In this document: positions 1-10,187 of the stretch, piece by piece
Numbering within the stretch: the stretch's first letter is position 1
Layout: each line of letters opens with the position of its first letter
From: Granulicella sp.
Lineage (GTDB): Bacteria > Acidobacteriota > Terriglobia > Terriglobales > Acidobacteriaceae
DNA: 64,000 bases
Direction: 5' to 3'
NCBI GenBank assembly: GCA_027339965.1
Contig: DAHWNL010000070.1
Span: 27,565 to 91,564, forward strand
Translations under genes and position numbers: made by a program
The notes under the pieces: model-generated
Databases searched by the model: none
What the model saw: the letters and a program-made list of their open reading frames with translations, nothing else
What the model was told of the DNA's origin: nothing

Positions 1-145
1 TACCGCTGACCAGCGAAATCCCACGGGAAGCGGCGATGCAATAGAAGATACGGCGTTATGCTGGCTCACACGGATTACTTTATCAAGCGTTAAGAGTGGT
101 TGTTGAGGCGGGAATCACCGCAGTGGGCTGAGCCCTTCCGCATCG

Positions 146-2368
146 CTATTGGATGGGAGCTTCCAGCACCTCCGCCGCCCGATTCAGAGCTTTGGCGAGT
201 TCATTCAGTTGGCTCTGGGTGCGCTTGGGGTCGTTGGCGTCGATGCCCTCGTTCACGCCGGGTATCACTACGGCCGCATAGCCGGTGTATTCGCCCGGAG
301 CGTAGATGGTGTGCTTGTACCATGGCCGGTGGGGCAGGCCGGCGGGGTTCAGTAGAGACTCTTCGACCTGGCGGAGGGTGGCGTTAAGGCTGGTCGCTTC
401 GGCTCCCGAGGCAGCCTCCTGCTGCCACTGATACATTCTGGCTCCGGCGGCTGCAAAGCGCGCGGCTGCGGCCGTGGCGGCGGTGAAGTCGACATGCATC
501 CCGGCGGCTTGGGCGCTTTGCTGCGCATGGGCCAGATACCCCACCACCTCCTGCCCATAGGCGCGGTAGTCGTAGGGCAGAACATCCGCATCGGCCATAT
601 GCAGAATCTCCAGTCCAAAGACGCGCGCCATCTCCTGTTCGTAGACAAAGGTGGGGTCGGCGAAGCGGGTGAACCAGGTGAAGTCGTCAAAGGTGGAGTG
701 ATAAACCCCGTAGGGTCCATTGGATCCAATATCGGTGGAGGGTACGCCCAGATGCTGCAGGAAAGGTGTGTAGTCCGAGCCCGAACCCAGGTCGCCGATT
801 CGCACTCTGTTGGAGGCGACAGCGGTTTCCGTACGATCCGGGTGACCCGGGGAGGCGTGATGCTTCTGTTGGAGCTTGAGCCACTGCGTGTAGACCGTGC
901 CGCCCTGGGGACTGGAAACCTCCCTCGTCAACTGGCGCAAAAACTTCTTGAGCGAAGGTACAGCCGAGGCGTCAAAGTCCGGCCCGGAGACACCTACATC
1001 GGTATTGAAGTAGGCTACCGCGTGGGAAAGTTTCTGGGCGTGTAGCTCAGCCCACTCCGTTGACCCGATCAGCCCCTCCTCCTCCGCGTCCCAGGAGCAA
1101 AGAACGATTCTCCGCCGGGGACGCCACCCTTGCTTGAGCAAGACGCCCAAGCCCTGCGCTGCACCGAGCATGACGACGGTTCCGCTGTTCGGATCCACGG
1201 CTCCGTAGACCCAGGCATCCCGATGGTTGCCCGCGATCACCCAGTTGTCTCTCTGGATGGGGTCGGTTCCGTCGATGGTTCCGATGACGTCCCAGATGGT
1301 GCGCAGCCGGTAGTCCTGCACCAGATGCATATGAACTCTGACTGCTCCGGTGCCCCCCAGATGATATGGGAAGGGAAGACCCCCCTGCCAGGAGTGGGGA
1401 GATTGCGGCCCTTCCAGCGCCTTGAGGATAGGCGCGGCGTCTTGGTAGGAGAGCGGATTGGAGGGGATCGATGGCTGGTTCATCTTCTTCGGATTGGTGA
1501 TCCGTTGGGAGTTGGGGAGGTTGAGTGTGGAGGCGATGCCGGGCGTCTCGGGATCGCCGGGATAGAGCGGCAGAAACTGCACGCTGCCCCGTTGCACTCC
1601 GGTAGCAGGCCGCCATGGCCCCTCGGGATAGACCGTGCCCTTGCCATAACCATCATCGGCGGGGTCAGAGTAGATTAGAACGCCCGCCGCTCCATACTGC
1701 TGAGCGATGTACACCTTCACACCGCGAAAGTTCTTTCCGTAGCGCACGAGGACGATCTTGCCCTTGACGCTGACTCCCATGGAGGCGAGCCGCTTGAAGT
1801 CCGCCAGGGTTCCGTAGTTGGCATAGACCACATCAGCGGTGACGTTGCCGGAGGGTGAAGAGCCGTGAAACGGCGGCAGGATGCGGGGATCGTTTTGAAA
1901 AGGGTCGCCACCATCGAGACTGGGGTCGACATGCTCCGGCGTCGGTCCGGACATGATCCGTTTCCCTTTGCTGTCAAAGGCCTCGATCCGGATGCTGACA
2001 GGCTTATTCAGCAGTACGCGAAAGGGCTGGATGGTAACTTGCAATCCGGCTGCGCGGAACTTCTCGGCCACGTAGAGCGCGGTGGCGTGGTCCTCCGGGG
2101 AACTGGCCCAGTGGGGAGCCTTGGTCAGTGTTTCCAACTCTTCCCGGGCCAGTGTTGTGCTGGGTACGGCCATGAAGGCTTGGTCCCAGCCGGCCTGGGC
2201 GGAGAAGTCATGAAAGCCAAACACCTGGTCGGTTGAGGTTTGCGCCCACGCGGCGCGGGGGAAGCAGGCGCTCAGGGGCAGGAGAACAGCCACGGCGATG
2301 CCAGCGGAGATCTGAAAGAGGAGACAGGAAAGGACTGAAGCAGGGGGCCGGGCTGCGAATCGGCGCAT
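146..2368 (-). CDS. M28 family metallopeptidase (glutamate carboxypeptidase II / PA domain / transferrin-receptor dimerisation domain)
   Basis: PA-domain segment VVYANYG...VKGKIVLVRYG; zinc-ligand motifs GNHRDAW, GAVDPNSG, SWDAEEEGLIGSTEW, YHSTFD; signal peptide. Start placed at ATG 2368 (the ORF track starts at 2383). Confidence 0.9.
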   Translation of the reverse strand: MRRFAARPPASVLSCLLFQISAGIAVAVLLPLSACFPRAAWAQTSTDQVFGFHDFSAQAGWDQAFMAVPSTTLAREELETLTKAPHWASSPEDHATALYVAEKFRAAGLQVTIQPFRVLLNKPVSIRIEAFDSKGKRIMSGPTPEHVDPSLDGGDPFQNDPRILPPFHGSSPSGNVTADVVYANYGTLADFKRLASMGVSVKGKIVLVRYGKNFRGVKVYIAQQYGAAGVLIYSDPADDGYGKGTVYPEGPWRPATGVQRGSVQFLPLYPGDPETPGIASTLNLPNSQRITNPKKMNQPSIPSNPLSYQDAAPILKALEGPQSPHSWQGGLPFPYHLGGTGAVRVHMHLVQDYRLRTIWDVIGTIDGTDPIQRDNWVIAGNHRDAWVYGAVDPNSGTVVMLGAAQGLGVLLKQGWRPRRRIVLCSWDAEEEGLIGSTEWAELHAQKLSHAVAYFNTDVGVSGPDFDASAVPSLKKFLRQLTREVSSPQGGTVYTQWLKLQQKHHASPGHPDRTETAVASNRVRIGDLGSGSDYTPFLQHLGVPSTDIGSNGPYGVYHSTFDDFTWFTRFADPTFVYEQEMARVFGLEILHMADADVLPYDYRAYGQEVVGYLAHAQQSAQAAGMHVDFTAATAAAARFAAAGARMYQWQQEAASGAEATSLNATLRQVEESLLNPAGLPHRPWYKHTIYAPGEYTGYAAVVIPGVNEGIDANDPKRTQSQLNELAKALNRAAEVLEAPIQ

Positions 2369-2429
2369 GAAGCGATCCTCCAAAACAGTTCTGGGAGGAG
2401 TTTACGCCGAACCCTCATCTTGATTTCGG

Positions 2430-2834
2430 CTACACCTGCTGCGTGCAGTACTTGCAACGGGTGGCCGCCGCTGGAATATCGCTGAGGCACTGCGGGCAGG
2501 ACTTGAGCGCGGCGGGTACGGCAGGCGGAGCCGGGGGGTTGAACTTCTTCAGCAGGTACTGGGTTGGCACCACCAGGAAGAAGTAGATGACGGCGGCAAT
2601 CAGCAGGAAGTTGATGACCGCGGTGAGAAACGTTCCGTACTTGATCTCACCGCCGTGGAGGTGGGCTACCAGGTAATCGAAGTTGGGCTTGCCCACCACC
2701 GCCCCCAGGAGCGGGTTGATGATATTGGTGGTCAGCGCGGTGACGATGCTGGTGAAAGCCGCGCCAATGATAAAGGCAACGGCCAGGTCCATGACGTTGC
2801 CGCGCAGAATGAAATCGCGAAATCCCTTGAGCAT
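2430..2834 (-). CDS. mscL: Large-conductance mechanosensitive channel MscL
   Basis: FRDFILRGNVMDLAVAFIIGAAF signature; C-terminal CPQC...CKYC extension; GGAGG RBS upstream. Confidence 0.95.
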   Translation of the reverse strand: MLKGFRDFILRGNVMDLAVAFIIGAAFTSIVTALTTNIINPLLGAVVGKPNFDYLVAHLHGGEIKYGTFLTAVINFLLIAAVIYFFLVVPTQYLLKKFNPPAPPAVPAALKSCPQCLSDIPAAATRCKYCTQQV

Positions 2835-3060
2835 GTTTCCTCCAGTCCATCAAACTCCGTTGCTTGGATTGCTGCCTGAGTATACCCTTGAGAGCCAAAT
2901 TTGCGTGGAGCGCAGGCCGCGGGCGGGTCCGGGGGGAGCAGGGACGCGGGGTGGAAACTGTCCGGCCGCGAAGTATCTGACGCAGGATGATTGAGCAGAT
3001 TCCAGGAGTAACCGGAAGACGAAGTCCCGCTGAGGGCTCCATCCGCAGTATTTTAACAAG

Positions 3061-3795
3061 ATGATCTCGTCTTCCATGCGTATTCGCCTGCTGGCCTTCG
3101 GTCCCCTCGGTTCGCTGTTTCCCGGCGGTGGGGCGTGGCGCGAAGTTGCTCTGGGCGCCTCAGTGGCCGACGTGCTCACGGCTTTGTGCAGCGAGGGGTC
3201 ATTGGACCGGGCTGCGCTGGGCAGCGTGGCCGTTGCGGTTAACCAGGAGTACAGCCGGCGCTCGCGCGAGCTGAAGGATGGGGACGAGGTTGCCATCCTT
3301 CCTCCGGTCAGCGGAGGAAGGGATGATGTGTCTCTGGGTGCCGGCAAGCATCCTTCACTCGCTCTGGTGCGTGGTCCGATCGACGGCGCAAGTATCGAGA
3401 CGGCGCTGAAGACCGGCGCTGACGGCGCTCTGTGCGTCTTCGATGGCATCGTTCGCGATAACTCGCGTGGCCGCAGCACGCTGTACCTGGAGTACGAGGC
3501 CTATGAGGAGATGGCCCTGGGGCAGATCCAACTACTGCGTGCAGAAGCCATCCAGCGCTTCGGCGCGCGCGAGGCATCCATTGTCCATCGGTTGGGCCGC
3601 GTCGAGGTCGGAGAGACCAGTGTTTTCATCGCAGTCGCCTCTGCGCATCGTGCGGCCGCCTTCGATGCCTGCCGTTGGATCATCGATACCTTGAAGAAGA
3701 CTGTGCCGATCTGGAAGCGCGAGTACTTTGTCGATGGCGCGGTCTGGGCTGATGGCGAGCCGTTTCCTGATGGCCTGGGCCAAAACATGAGATAA
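3061..3795 (+). CDS. moaDE: Fused molybdopterin synthase MoaD(ThiS-like)-MoaE
   Basis: N-terminal VAVAVNQEY...LKDGDEVAILPPVSGG (MoaD); C-terminal GALCVFDGIVR, LEYEAY, HRLG, IDTLKKTVPIWKRE (MoaE). Start 3061 or 3076. Confidence 0.92.
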   Translation: MISSSMRIRLLAFGPLGSLFPGGGAWREVALGASVADVLTALCSEGSLDRAALGSVAVAVNQEYSRRSRELKDGDEVAILPPVSGGRDDVSLGAGKHPSLALVRGPIDGASIETALKTGADGALCVFDGIVRDNSRGRSTLYLEYEAYEEMALGQIQLLRAEAIQRFGAREASIVHRLGRVEVGETSVFIAVASAHRAAAFDACRWIIDTLKKTVPIWKREYFVDGAVWADGEPFPDGLGQNMR

Positions 3796-4034
3796 CGCCG
3801 AGGCTGGGCAGCGTTGCGCCTGTGGGCGAGGTTGTGTCCGGGCTTGTCGACTGGGCCGGCGTGAGGCTTGCCGCGGCATCTACAAGCTATGGCCCAGCGC
3901 GAGTTCAGGTCCAGGATGCAGAGCAAGCGGAGTTTAGCAGCCAGGCTGGATTGCGGCTTGTCCGGTTCGACGGCCTACGCTTTCAACGCGGATGAGGCGA
4001 GACATCCCCAAGGCGCTAACCGTACAATCAAAGC

Positions 4035-4361
4035 ATGACGACGAAGCGTCACAAAGGACCGCCTGCCGGAGAGACTGGACAGGAGGCTCTGTACCTCAAA
4101 TCGCTCAGTGAGCGCCAGGTTCCGGTGAGCATCAAGCTTCGCGACGGCGAGGTCGTGAGCGGATGGATTGAGTACTTTGACGACAAGATGGTTCGCCTGA
4201 CACGGGAGGGCAAGCCAAACCTTTTCATCTACAAAACGCAGATTCGGACCATCACAGAGGGTGGAGGTCCCCGTGCAAGCAACTTTACGATCCGTCCAGG
4301 CCGTCGCGGCTCAAGTTCCAGTGCGCCGTCGCCGGGCCAGCGGCCGGGCCTGACATCATGA
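4035..4361 (+). CDS. Hfq-like Sm-fold RNA chaperone (divergent)
   Basis: YLKSLSERQVPVSIKLRDGEVVSGWIEYFD resembles Hfq Sm1; FIYKTQI resembles Sm2 (YKHAI); disordered C-terminal tail. Confidence 0.75.
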   Translation: MTTKRHKGPPAGETGQEALYLKSLSERQVPVSIKLRDGEVVSGWIEYFDDKMVRLTREGKPNLFIYKTQIRTITEGGGPRASNFTIRPGRRGSSSSAPSPGQRPGLTS

Positions 4362-5227
4362 TGCAGCTCCTTTCCACCGCCGAATCCATCGCTCGGGAGG
4401 CAGGCGCGCTGCTGCGCGGCTTTTATCATCGCGGTGTCCGCACCGAATACAAGGGCGAGGTTGATCTGGTGACCGAAGCTGACCGGGCCAGCGAAGCCTT
4501 GATCGTTGACCGGCTGCGCGCGGCCTTTCCCAGCCACGGCATCTACGGCGAAGAGGGAACGCGCGAGGGACTGGAGTGCGAGTATCGCTGGTATGTGGAT
4601 CCGCTGGATGGCACCACCAACTTTGCGCATGGTTTTCCGGTCTTCTGCGTCGTGCTGGGTTGCGAGTATCGGCGGCCAGGACTGCTTGCCGAGGAAGATG
4701 GAGAGATGGCCGCGGGAGTCATTTACGACCCTCTGCGGGATGAGATGTTTTCCGCCTTGCGCGGAGGAGGAGCGACGCTAAACGGCGAGCCTGTTCACGT
4801 CTCCCGGGTCCGTTCGCTGGCTGAGTCGCTGATTGCCACAGGTTTTCCCAGCAAGAAGCGGCACAACAGCCCCAATGTGCATTTCTACCAGGAGTTCACG
4901 CTGCGCTCCCATGGGGTGCGCCGGGCTGGATCGGCGGCGCTAGACCTGGCTTACATCGCCTGTGGACGCCTGGATGGATACTGGGAGTTCCAGCTCAATC
5001 CCTGGGATACTTCGGCAGGGTATCTTCTGGTGGAAGAGGCTGGGGGCAAGGTGACGCGTTTTGACGGCAGCAAGTTCGCGTTGGACAGCCGCGAGATTCT
5101 GGCTTCCAATGGCCTGCTCCATCCCCCCATGCAAGAGCTCTTTGGCGATATGTTTGCCGGCCGCAACCTGGCGCCGATCCTTACCCCGGCGGAGTTTGCC
5201 GCGCGCCGCGCCGCCCATACGCTGTAA
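4358..5227 (+). CDS. suhB: Inositol monophosphatase family protein SuhB
   Basis: DLVTEAD, GEE, WYVDPLDGTTNFAHG, RRAGSAALDL and PWDTSAG motifs; ATGA overlap with the upstream stop. Confidence 0.92.
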   Translation: MMQLLSTAESIAREAGALLRGFYHRGVRTEYKGEVDLVTEADRASEALIVDRLRAAFPSHGIYGEEGTREGLECEYRWYVDPLDGTTNFAHGFPVFCVVLGCEYRRPGLLAEEDGEMAAGVIYDPLRDEMFSALRGGGATLNGEPVHVSRVRSLAESLIATGFPSKKRHNSPNVHFYQEFTLRSHGVRRAGSAALDLAYIACGRLDGYWEFQLNPWDTSAGYLLVEEAGGKVTRFDGSKFALDSREILASNGLLHPPMQELFGDMFAGRNLAPILTPAEFAARRAAHTL

Positions 5228-5383
5228 GGCCAGTTCAAGGGAAGGCCAGAGCAGGTTGACCTGGCCGGTGGAACGATTACCCGGATTTTGGCGTTGTTCT
5301 TCGGAGTTCACTGCAAGGTCCAGTCAAATTGGGTAATATATCGGTGAAGTTGTGATTCAAGGCAGCATCAAGGAGAAATTGAG

Positions 5384-5644
5384 ATGGCGGATGTAATTGC
5401 GGAACCCTGTATCGGCACCAAGGATCGTGCCTGCGTGGACGCTTGTCCGGTCGATTGTATTCATCCCAAGGCTGGTGAGCCCGGAGCGGACACCGACGAT
5501 CAGCTCTTTATTGATCCAGCCGAGTGCATCGACTGCGGCGCCTGTGTCCCGGTCTGCCCGGTTTCCGCAATCTTCGGCAGCGACGATCTTCCCGAGAAGT
5601 GGGAGAGCTTCCGGGAGAAGAACGCTGCCCACTACGGCCGCTAG
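5384..5644 (+). CDS. Dicluster (7Fe-type) ferredoxin
   Basis: CIGTKDRACVDACPVDC and CIDCGACVPVCPV; AAGGAG RBS. Confidence 0.92.
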   Translation: MADVIAEPCIGTKDRACVDACPVDCIHPKAGEPGADTDDQLFIDPAECIDCGACVPVCPVSAIFGSDDLPEKWESFREKNAAHYGR

Positions 5645-5778
5645 TCCAGGTTCTCTGCGAGTGGAGTCATCTCCTGGCCAGCCGTCCGGAGTTGACGCAA
5701 AGGCAGGATAGACCGCTTGGTAACGCTCCTCTGAGCGTCATGACTCTCCTGGACGCCCGCCAAAGGATGGCTCCAGAT

Positions 5779-5818
5779 CAAAGCAAAGCGCGCAGCAGAT
5801 GCTGTGCGCTTTGCTTTG
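5779..5818. terminator. 18-bp hairpin, probable (bidirectional) terminator
   Basis: CAAAGCAAAGCGCGCAGC-AGAT-GCTGTGCGCTTTGCTTTG, one G-U pair. Confidence 0.55.
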
Positions 5819-5993
5819 CGCGGCATCGCGTGGCGTGTAAGGTTGATCCAACCCGATCGGGAGTCTCACGAAGCCTGAATGATGGCTGGAGCATCGCGGG
5901 CCGGTTTCACGGTTTGGCCCGGTAGAGGTGGAATGGGTGCTTTGCAGAGGCGAAGCTCCCCGGGTCAGGCTCGATCCTCTACACTCACTCTTG

Positions 5994-6767
5994 ATGTCTT
6001 CAGGGCGCCAAATCTCGCATGAAGGGGAGGCGATTGTTCTCCGCACCTGGCCCTTCCGGGAGGCTGACCTGGTGGTTTCGCTCTTTACCCGCAACCAGGG
6101 CAAGGTAAAGGGTGTCGCGCGCCACGCTCTCAGCTCACGCAAGCGCTTTGGCGGGGCGCTGGAGCCGGCTACGCAGGTTCGCGCCTATTACATGGAGCGC
6201 CCCCATCAGGATCTGGTGCAGCTCAATCAGTTCGAGATTCTGTGGTCGCCGCTTCGCTGGCCGATCAGCGCTGCGCGTCTGGCTGCGCTTCAATTGGTCA
6301 CTGAGGTGTTGGAAGAGGCGCTCCCGGAGCAGGCCCCGGAGGACAACATCTTTCGCCTGGCATTGACCACACTGAAGTCCATCCAGACGGAGCCTTTGCT
6401 AGGAGAGGTGCGGCTGCCGGTCACCTACTACTGCCTGTGGATGAACCGTCTGCTGGGCTGGATGCCGGAGCTGAAGAGATGCGCGGTGTGCCGGGCGGAT
6501 CTGCGCGACCATGCTAGTTATTGGTGCGCGACCCGCGACGGGGTCACTTGCCATGACCATCGGCCTGCCAACGGGCGTGCTCTCGGCTTGGCATCTGCCG
6601 CTGGAGCCGAGTTGATTCTGCGCCATCCGTTGACCGATTTATTGCGGGAAGAGGCTCGGACCCTGATCTGCCCGGAGGGACTGCTGATCTTTGCGATCGC
6701 GACCTTGGAGCGCCACCTGGAGCGCCGTCTGCGCAGTGCTGCAGCACTGACCATGGCGGCGATTTAG
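5994..6767 (+). CDS. recO: DNA repair protein RecO
   Basis: EAIVLRTWPFREADLVVSLFTRNQGKVKGVA...KRFGGALEP; CAVC...C..C zinc finger; recO-glyQS synteny. Start uncertain (5991 or 5994). Confidence 0.92.
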   Translation: MSSGRQISHEGEAIVLRTWPFREADLVVSLFTRNQGKVKGVARHALSSRKRFGGALEPATQVRAYYMERPHQDLVQLNQFEILWSPLRWPISAARLAALQLVTEVLEEALPEQAPEDNIFRLALTTLKSIQTEPLLGEVRLPVTYYCLWMNRLLGWMPELKRCAVCRADLRDHASYWCATRDGVTCHDHRPANGRALGLASAAGAELILRHPLTDLLREEARTLICPEGLLIFAIATLERHLERRLRSAAALTMAAI

Positions 6768-6776
6768 AATCATTCC

Positions 6777-7796
6777 ATGCCCTCGGTTGTTGCGAACCAT
6801 CCCCTTACGTTTCAGGAGTTGCTCTTTAGCTTGCAGCGCTTCTGGTCCGAGCATGGCTGCGTCTTGCAGCAGCCTTATGATCTGGAGGTCGGCGCCGGCA
6901 CCATGTCGCCGGACACTTTTCTGCGCGTGTTGGGGCCGGAGCCCATCCATATCGCCTACGCTCAGCCCTCCCGCCGCCCCGCCGATGGCCGCTATGGGGA
7001 AAATCCCAACCGGCTGTTCCGGCATACGCAACTGCAGGTGATCCTGAAGCCGCCACCGGAGAACGTCCAGGAGCTCTACCTGCAATCGCTGGAGGCGATC
7101 GGCATCGACCTTGCCCAACACGACATCAAGTTCGAAGAGGATAATTGGGAGTGGCCGGTCGGAGGCGCCTGGGGCGTTGGCTGGCAGGTGATGCTGGACG
7201 GCCAGGAGATCACCCAGTTCACTTACTTTCAGCAGTGCGGCGGCATGGACCTTGATCCTATCTCCGGCGAGATCACTTATGGGCTGGAACGCATCGCCCA
7301 GTTCCTGCAGGATCTGGACAGCATCTACGATATCGTCTGGCTGCGAGACCCGGTGAACGGCCGCGAACTCACCTATGGCCAGGTGCGTTTGCACGAGGAG
7401 CAGCAGTTCTCTGCCTACAGCTTTGACTATGCGGACATCCCCAGTCTGTGGCAACACCTGGACCTTTACGAGGCGGAGTGCAAGGCGCTGCTGGAGCGCG
7501 CCGGGACCACTCTGGATGAGAAGAGACTGGCCGCCAGCGCGAACCCCCGGTCGGATCGCCTGGCGGTTCTGCGCTTTCCTACCCTGGGCGCCTACGAGCT
7601 GGCGCTCAAGTGCTCGCATGCCTTCAATCTTCTGGATGCCCGCGGCGCCATCTCGGTGACAGAGCGGGTCGGGGTGATGGCCCGGATTCGCAACCTGATC
7701 GTCGGGGTAGCCCGGATCTACGCCGAACAACAGCGTCTGAACCGAGTATTTGAGACTCCAACCGCCGCGCAGCCCGCGGCCCAGCCCGCTCAATGA
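6777..7796 (+). CDS. glyQ: Glycine--tRNA ligase alpha subunit
   Basis: [49 protein letters not shown]. Confidence 0.97.
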   Translation: MPSVVANHPLTFQELLFSLQRFWSEHGCVLQQPYDLEVGAGTMSPDTFLRVLGPEPIHIAYAQPSRRPADGRYGENPNRLFRHTQLQVILKPPPENVQELYLQSLEAIGIDLAQHDIKFEEDNWEWPVGGAWGVGWQVMLDGQEITQFTYFQQCGGMDLDPISGEITYGLERIAQFLQDLDSIYDIVWLRDPVNGRELTYGQVRLHEEQQFSAYSFDYADIPSLWQHLDLYEAECKALLERAGTTLDEKRLAASANPRSDRLAVLRFPTLGAYELALKCSHAFNLLDARGAISVTERVGVMARIRNLIVGVARIYAEQQRLNRVFETPTAAQPAAQPAQ

Positions 7797-7929
7797 CACG
7801 CCGGGTCATGGAGCCCGGCGCGAGCGATCCAGCGCTGTGGCTCGGGGTGATTCCATAGCGCCCGCCGTGCCATCGGCTGTGGCCCAAGCATGAGACGCGC
7901 CCAACTTTTACCTAGACTTCAGGAAACCG

Positions 7930-10047
7930 ATGCCAGACCTTTTATTCGAGATTGGATTAGAAGAAGTTCCCGCCCGCATGATCGCCTCCGCCCAGGCTGA
8001 GTTGCTCAGGCGCACCCTGGCTCTTTTGGCTCGCGAGCATTTGCTGGGTGGGAGCGATGCGGAGGCTCCGGCTTCTGACCCCGCGGGGCGGTCTTACTCA
8101 ACGCCCCGCCGTCTGGCCGTGCTGGTCCAGGATGTTCTGGCGCAGCAGCCGGATTTCACCGAGGAGATCACCGGCCCCGCGGTCAATATCGCCTTCAAGG
8201 ATGGCAAGCCCACGGCGGCGGCCGAGGCCTTCGCTCGCAAATCTGGAGTTTCGGTTGCGGATCTGAAGACCATCACGACACCCAAGGGCGAGTATCTGAC
8301 GGCGGCAATCACCCGTAAGGGACGCAGCGCGGCGGAGGTTCTGGCCGTCGAGCTTCCCCGCGAGATCGCCGCTCTTTATTGGGCCAAGAACATGTACTGG
8401 CGGCCGGGTAAGCCCGAGCGCTTTGTCCGTCCCGTGCTGTGGCTGGTCTGTCTGCTGGGCGAAGAGATTGTTCCGGTGGAATTTGCCGGTCGCCGCGCCG
8501 GCCGGGTCACTTACGGCCACCGCGTCTTGCACGGGGAGGTCCCCGTGGTGATTGGTGCGCCGGCGACTTATGTCTCGCAGATGGAGTCGGCCTTTGTCTT
8601 CGTGGATGTCGAGGTGCGGCGGCAGAGGATTCGCAAGGCCCTGGACCGGGCAACGCGAGCGGTTCCGGCCATTGGGGGCGCTCGTTGGCGCGAGGATGAG
8701 GCGCTGGTGGACGCGGTGACCCACCTCTGCGAGTGGCCGGACGTACTGACGGGAAACTTCGAGCCCGCCTACCTCTCCCTTCCGGAGGAGGTTCTGGTGA
8801 CCGTCATGCGCGATCATCAGAAGTACTTTGCCATCGAAGGCGGAGACGGCAAGCTGACTGCGCACTTCCTGGCGGTGACCAATATCGCGCTGACTGAAGG
8901 AAATGCTCCGATCATCCGCCAGGGCAACGAGCGGGTGCTGCGGGCGAGGTTCAACGACGCGTGGTTTTTCTGGGAGTTCGACCAGCGCACTCCGCTTGCG
9001 GATCGAGTCGCTCTGCTGGCAAATGTAACGTTTCAGAAGGATCTGGGCAGCTATGCCAAGAAGTCCGAGCGCGTGCGGGCACTGGCAGCGGCGCTGATCG
9101 AGGTGGCTAAAATCGGCGCTCCGGCGCTGGATGCCGAGGCCGTCGATGAGGCAGCGCTGTTGGCCAAGACCGATCTGACCACCGAGCTGGTGAAGGAGTT
9201 CACCGAGCTGCAGGGCATCATCGGCGGCCTTTATGCAGCTTCGCAGGGGCTGAGCTCCACCGTAGCCCATGCGATCTACGACCAGTACCTGCCAGCCTCG
9301 GCGGGTGACGCCATTCCTCGCTCCGCGGAGGGTTGCATTCTTGGCCTGGCGGATCGCATGGACACCATCTCCAACATGTTCGCGCTCGGCATGGAGCCGA
9401 GCGGTTCCAAGGATCCCTTTGCTCTGCGCCGGGCGGGCAACGCCGTGGTGAGGATCCTGGCGGAGGCCAACCTTTGGCTGAGCCTCAAGGATCTTCTGAC
9501 GGCTTCGGCTCCCGGGGAAGAACTGCGGGCTCGCCTGCTGGCATTCTTCACGGAGCGCATCGAGTTCTACCTGCGCGAGGTGCGAGGTCAGGCCTACGAT
9601 GTGGTGCAAGCGGCGATGGCGGCGGGAGTGGGCGATCTTCGCGATCTTTGCGCCCGTTCCCAGGCGGTGAGCGAGGCTCGTGGCAGCGAGGACTTTCTGG
9701 CCGTGAGCGCCGCCTTCAAGCGCATGAAGAATATTCTTGCCCAGGCAGAGTTCGCCCCTTCGCGGACCGGGGAGCACAACTATGATCGCGGCACGCCCGA
9801 GGGCGACCTGCAGATCAAGTATGGAGAGGTGCTGAGCATCGTTGGCCGATGCCGCCAATTCCAGGACTATCGCAAGGCGCTGGAGGCGATCGCCACGATT
9901 CGGCCCCAGGTCGATGCGTTCTTCGAGAAGGTGATGGTGATGGACCCCAACCCCGAGATCCGTGAGCAACGCCTGTCACTGCTTGCGAAGATCGTCGGAG
10001 GTCTGGGCGCGATCGCCGACTTTTCCAAGATTGTCACGGCAGGCTGA
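7930..10047 (+). CDS. glyS: Glycine--tRNA ligase beta subunit
   Basis: LLFEIGLEEVP, STPRRLAV, MRDHQKYF, EFTELQG, GSKDPFALRR. Confidence 0.96.
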   Translation: MPDLLFEIGLEEVPARMIASAQAELLRRTLALLAREHLLGGSDAEAPASDPAGRSYSTPRRLAVLVQDVLAQQPDFTEEITGPAVNIAFKDGKPTAAAEAFARKSGVSVADLKTITTPKGEYLTAAITRKGRSAAEVLAVELPREIAALYWAKNMYWRPGKPERFVRPVLWLVCLLGEEIVPVEFAGRRAGRVTYGHRVLHGEVPVVIGAPATYVSQMESAFVFVDVEVRRQRIRKALDRATRAVPAIGGARWREDEALVDAVTHLCEWPDVLTGNFEPAYLSLPEEVLVTVMRDHQKYFAIEGGDGKLTAHFLAVTNIALTEGNAPIIRQGNERVLRARFNDAWFFWEFDQRTPLADRVALLANVTFQKDLGSYAKKSERVRALAAALIEVAKIGAPALDAEAVDEAALLAKTDLTTELVKEFTELQGIIGGLYAASQGLSSTVAHAIYDQYLPASAGDAIPRSAEGCILGLADRMDTISNMFALGMEPSGSKDPFALRRAGNAVVRILAEANLWLSLKDLLTASAPGEELRARLLAFFTERIEFYLREVRGQAYDVVQAAMAAGVGDLRDLCARSQAVSEARGSEDFLAVSAAFKRMKNILAQAEFAPSRTGEHNYDRGTPEGDLQIKYGEVLSIVGRCRQFQDYRKALEAIATIRPQVDAFFEKVMVMDPNPEIREQRLSLLAKIVGGLGAIADFSKIVTAG

Positions 10048-10187
10048 CAGGGCTTCCAGCCCGTCAGGCCTCCGTTTTGGCAGTCTTCGATTTGCGCCCC
10101 ATGGGCACAGGCCTTGCATCCATGTGTCCGCCGGTTCACTGCAAATCCTGGTAGCTGGCGCAACGCGATGGAGCGAAGGGATGGTCG

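Noticed and set aside
8098..9969. 623-aa antisense ORF, and similar long ones at 6639-7799, 25384-26478, 42355-44079 and 61578-62711
   Set aside because: Shadow ORFs opposite well-supported genes, expected in GC-rich DNA; no recognisable motifs.
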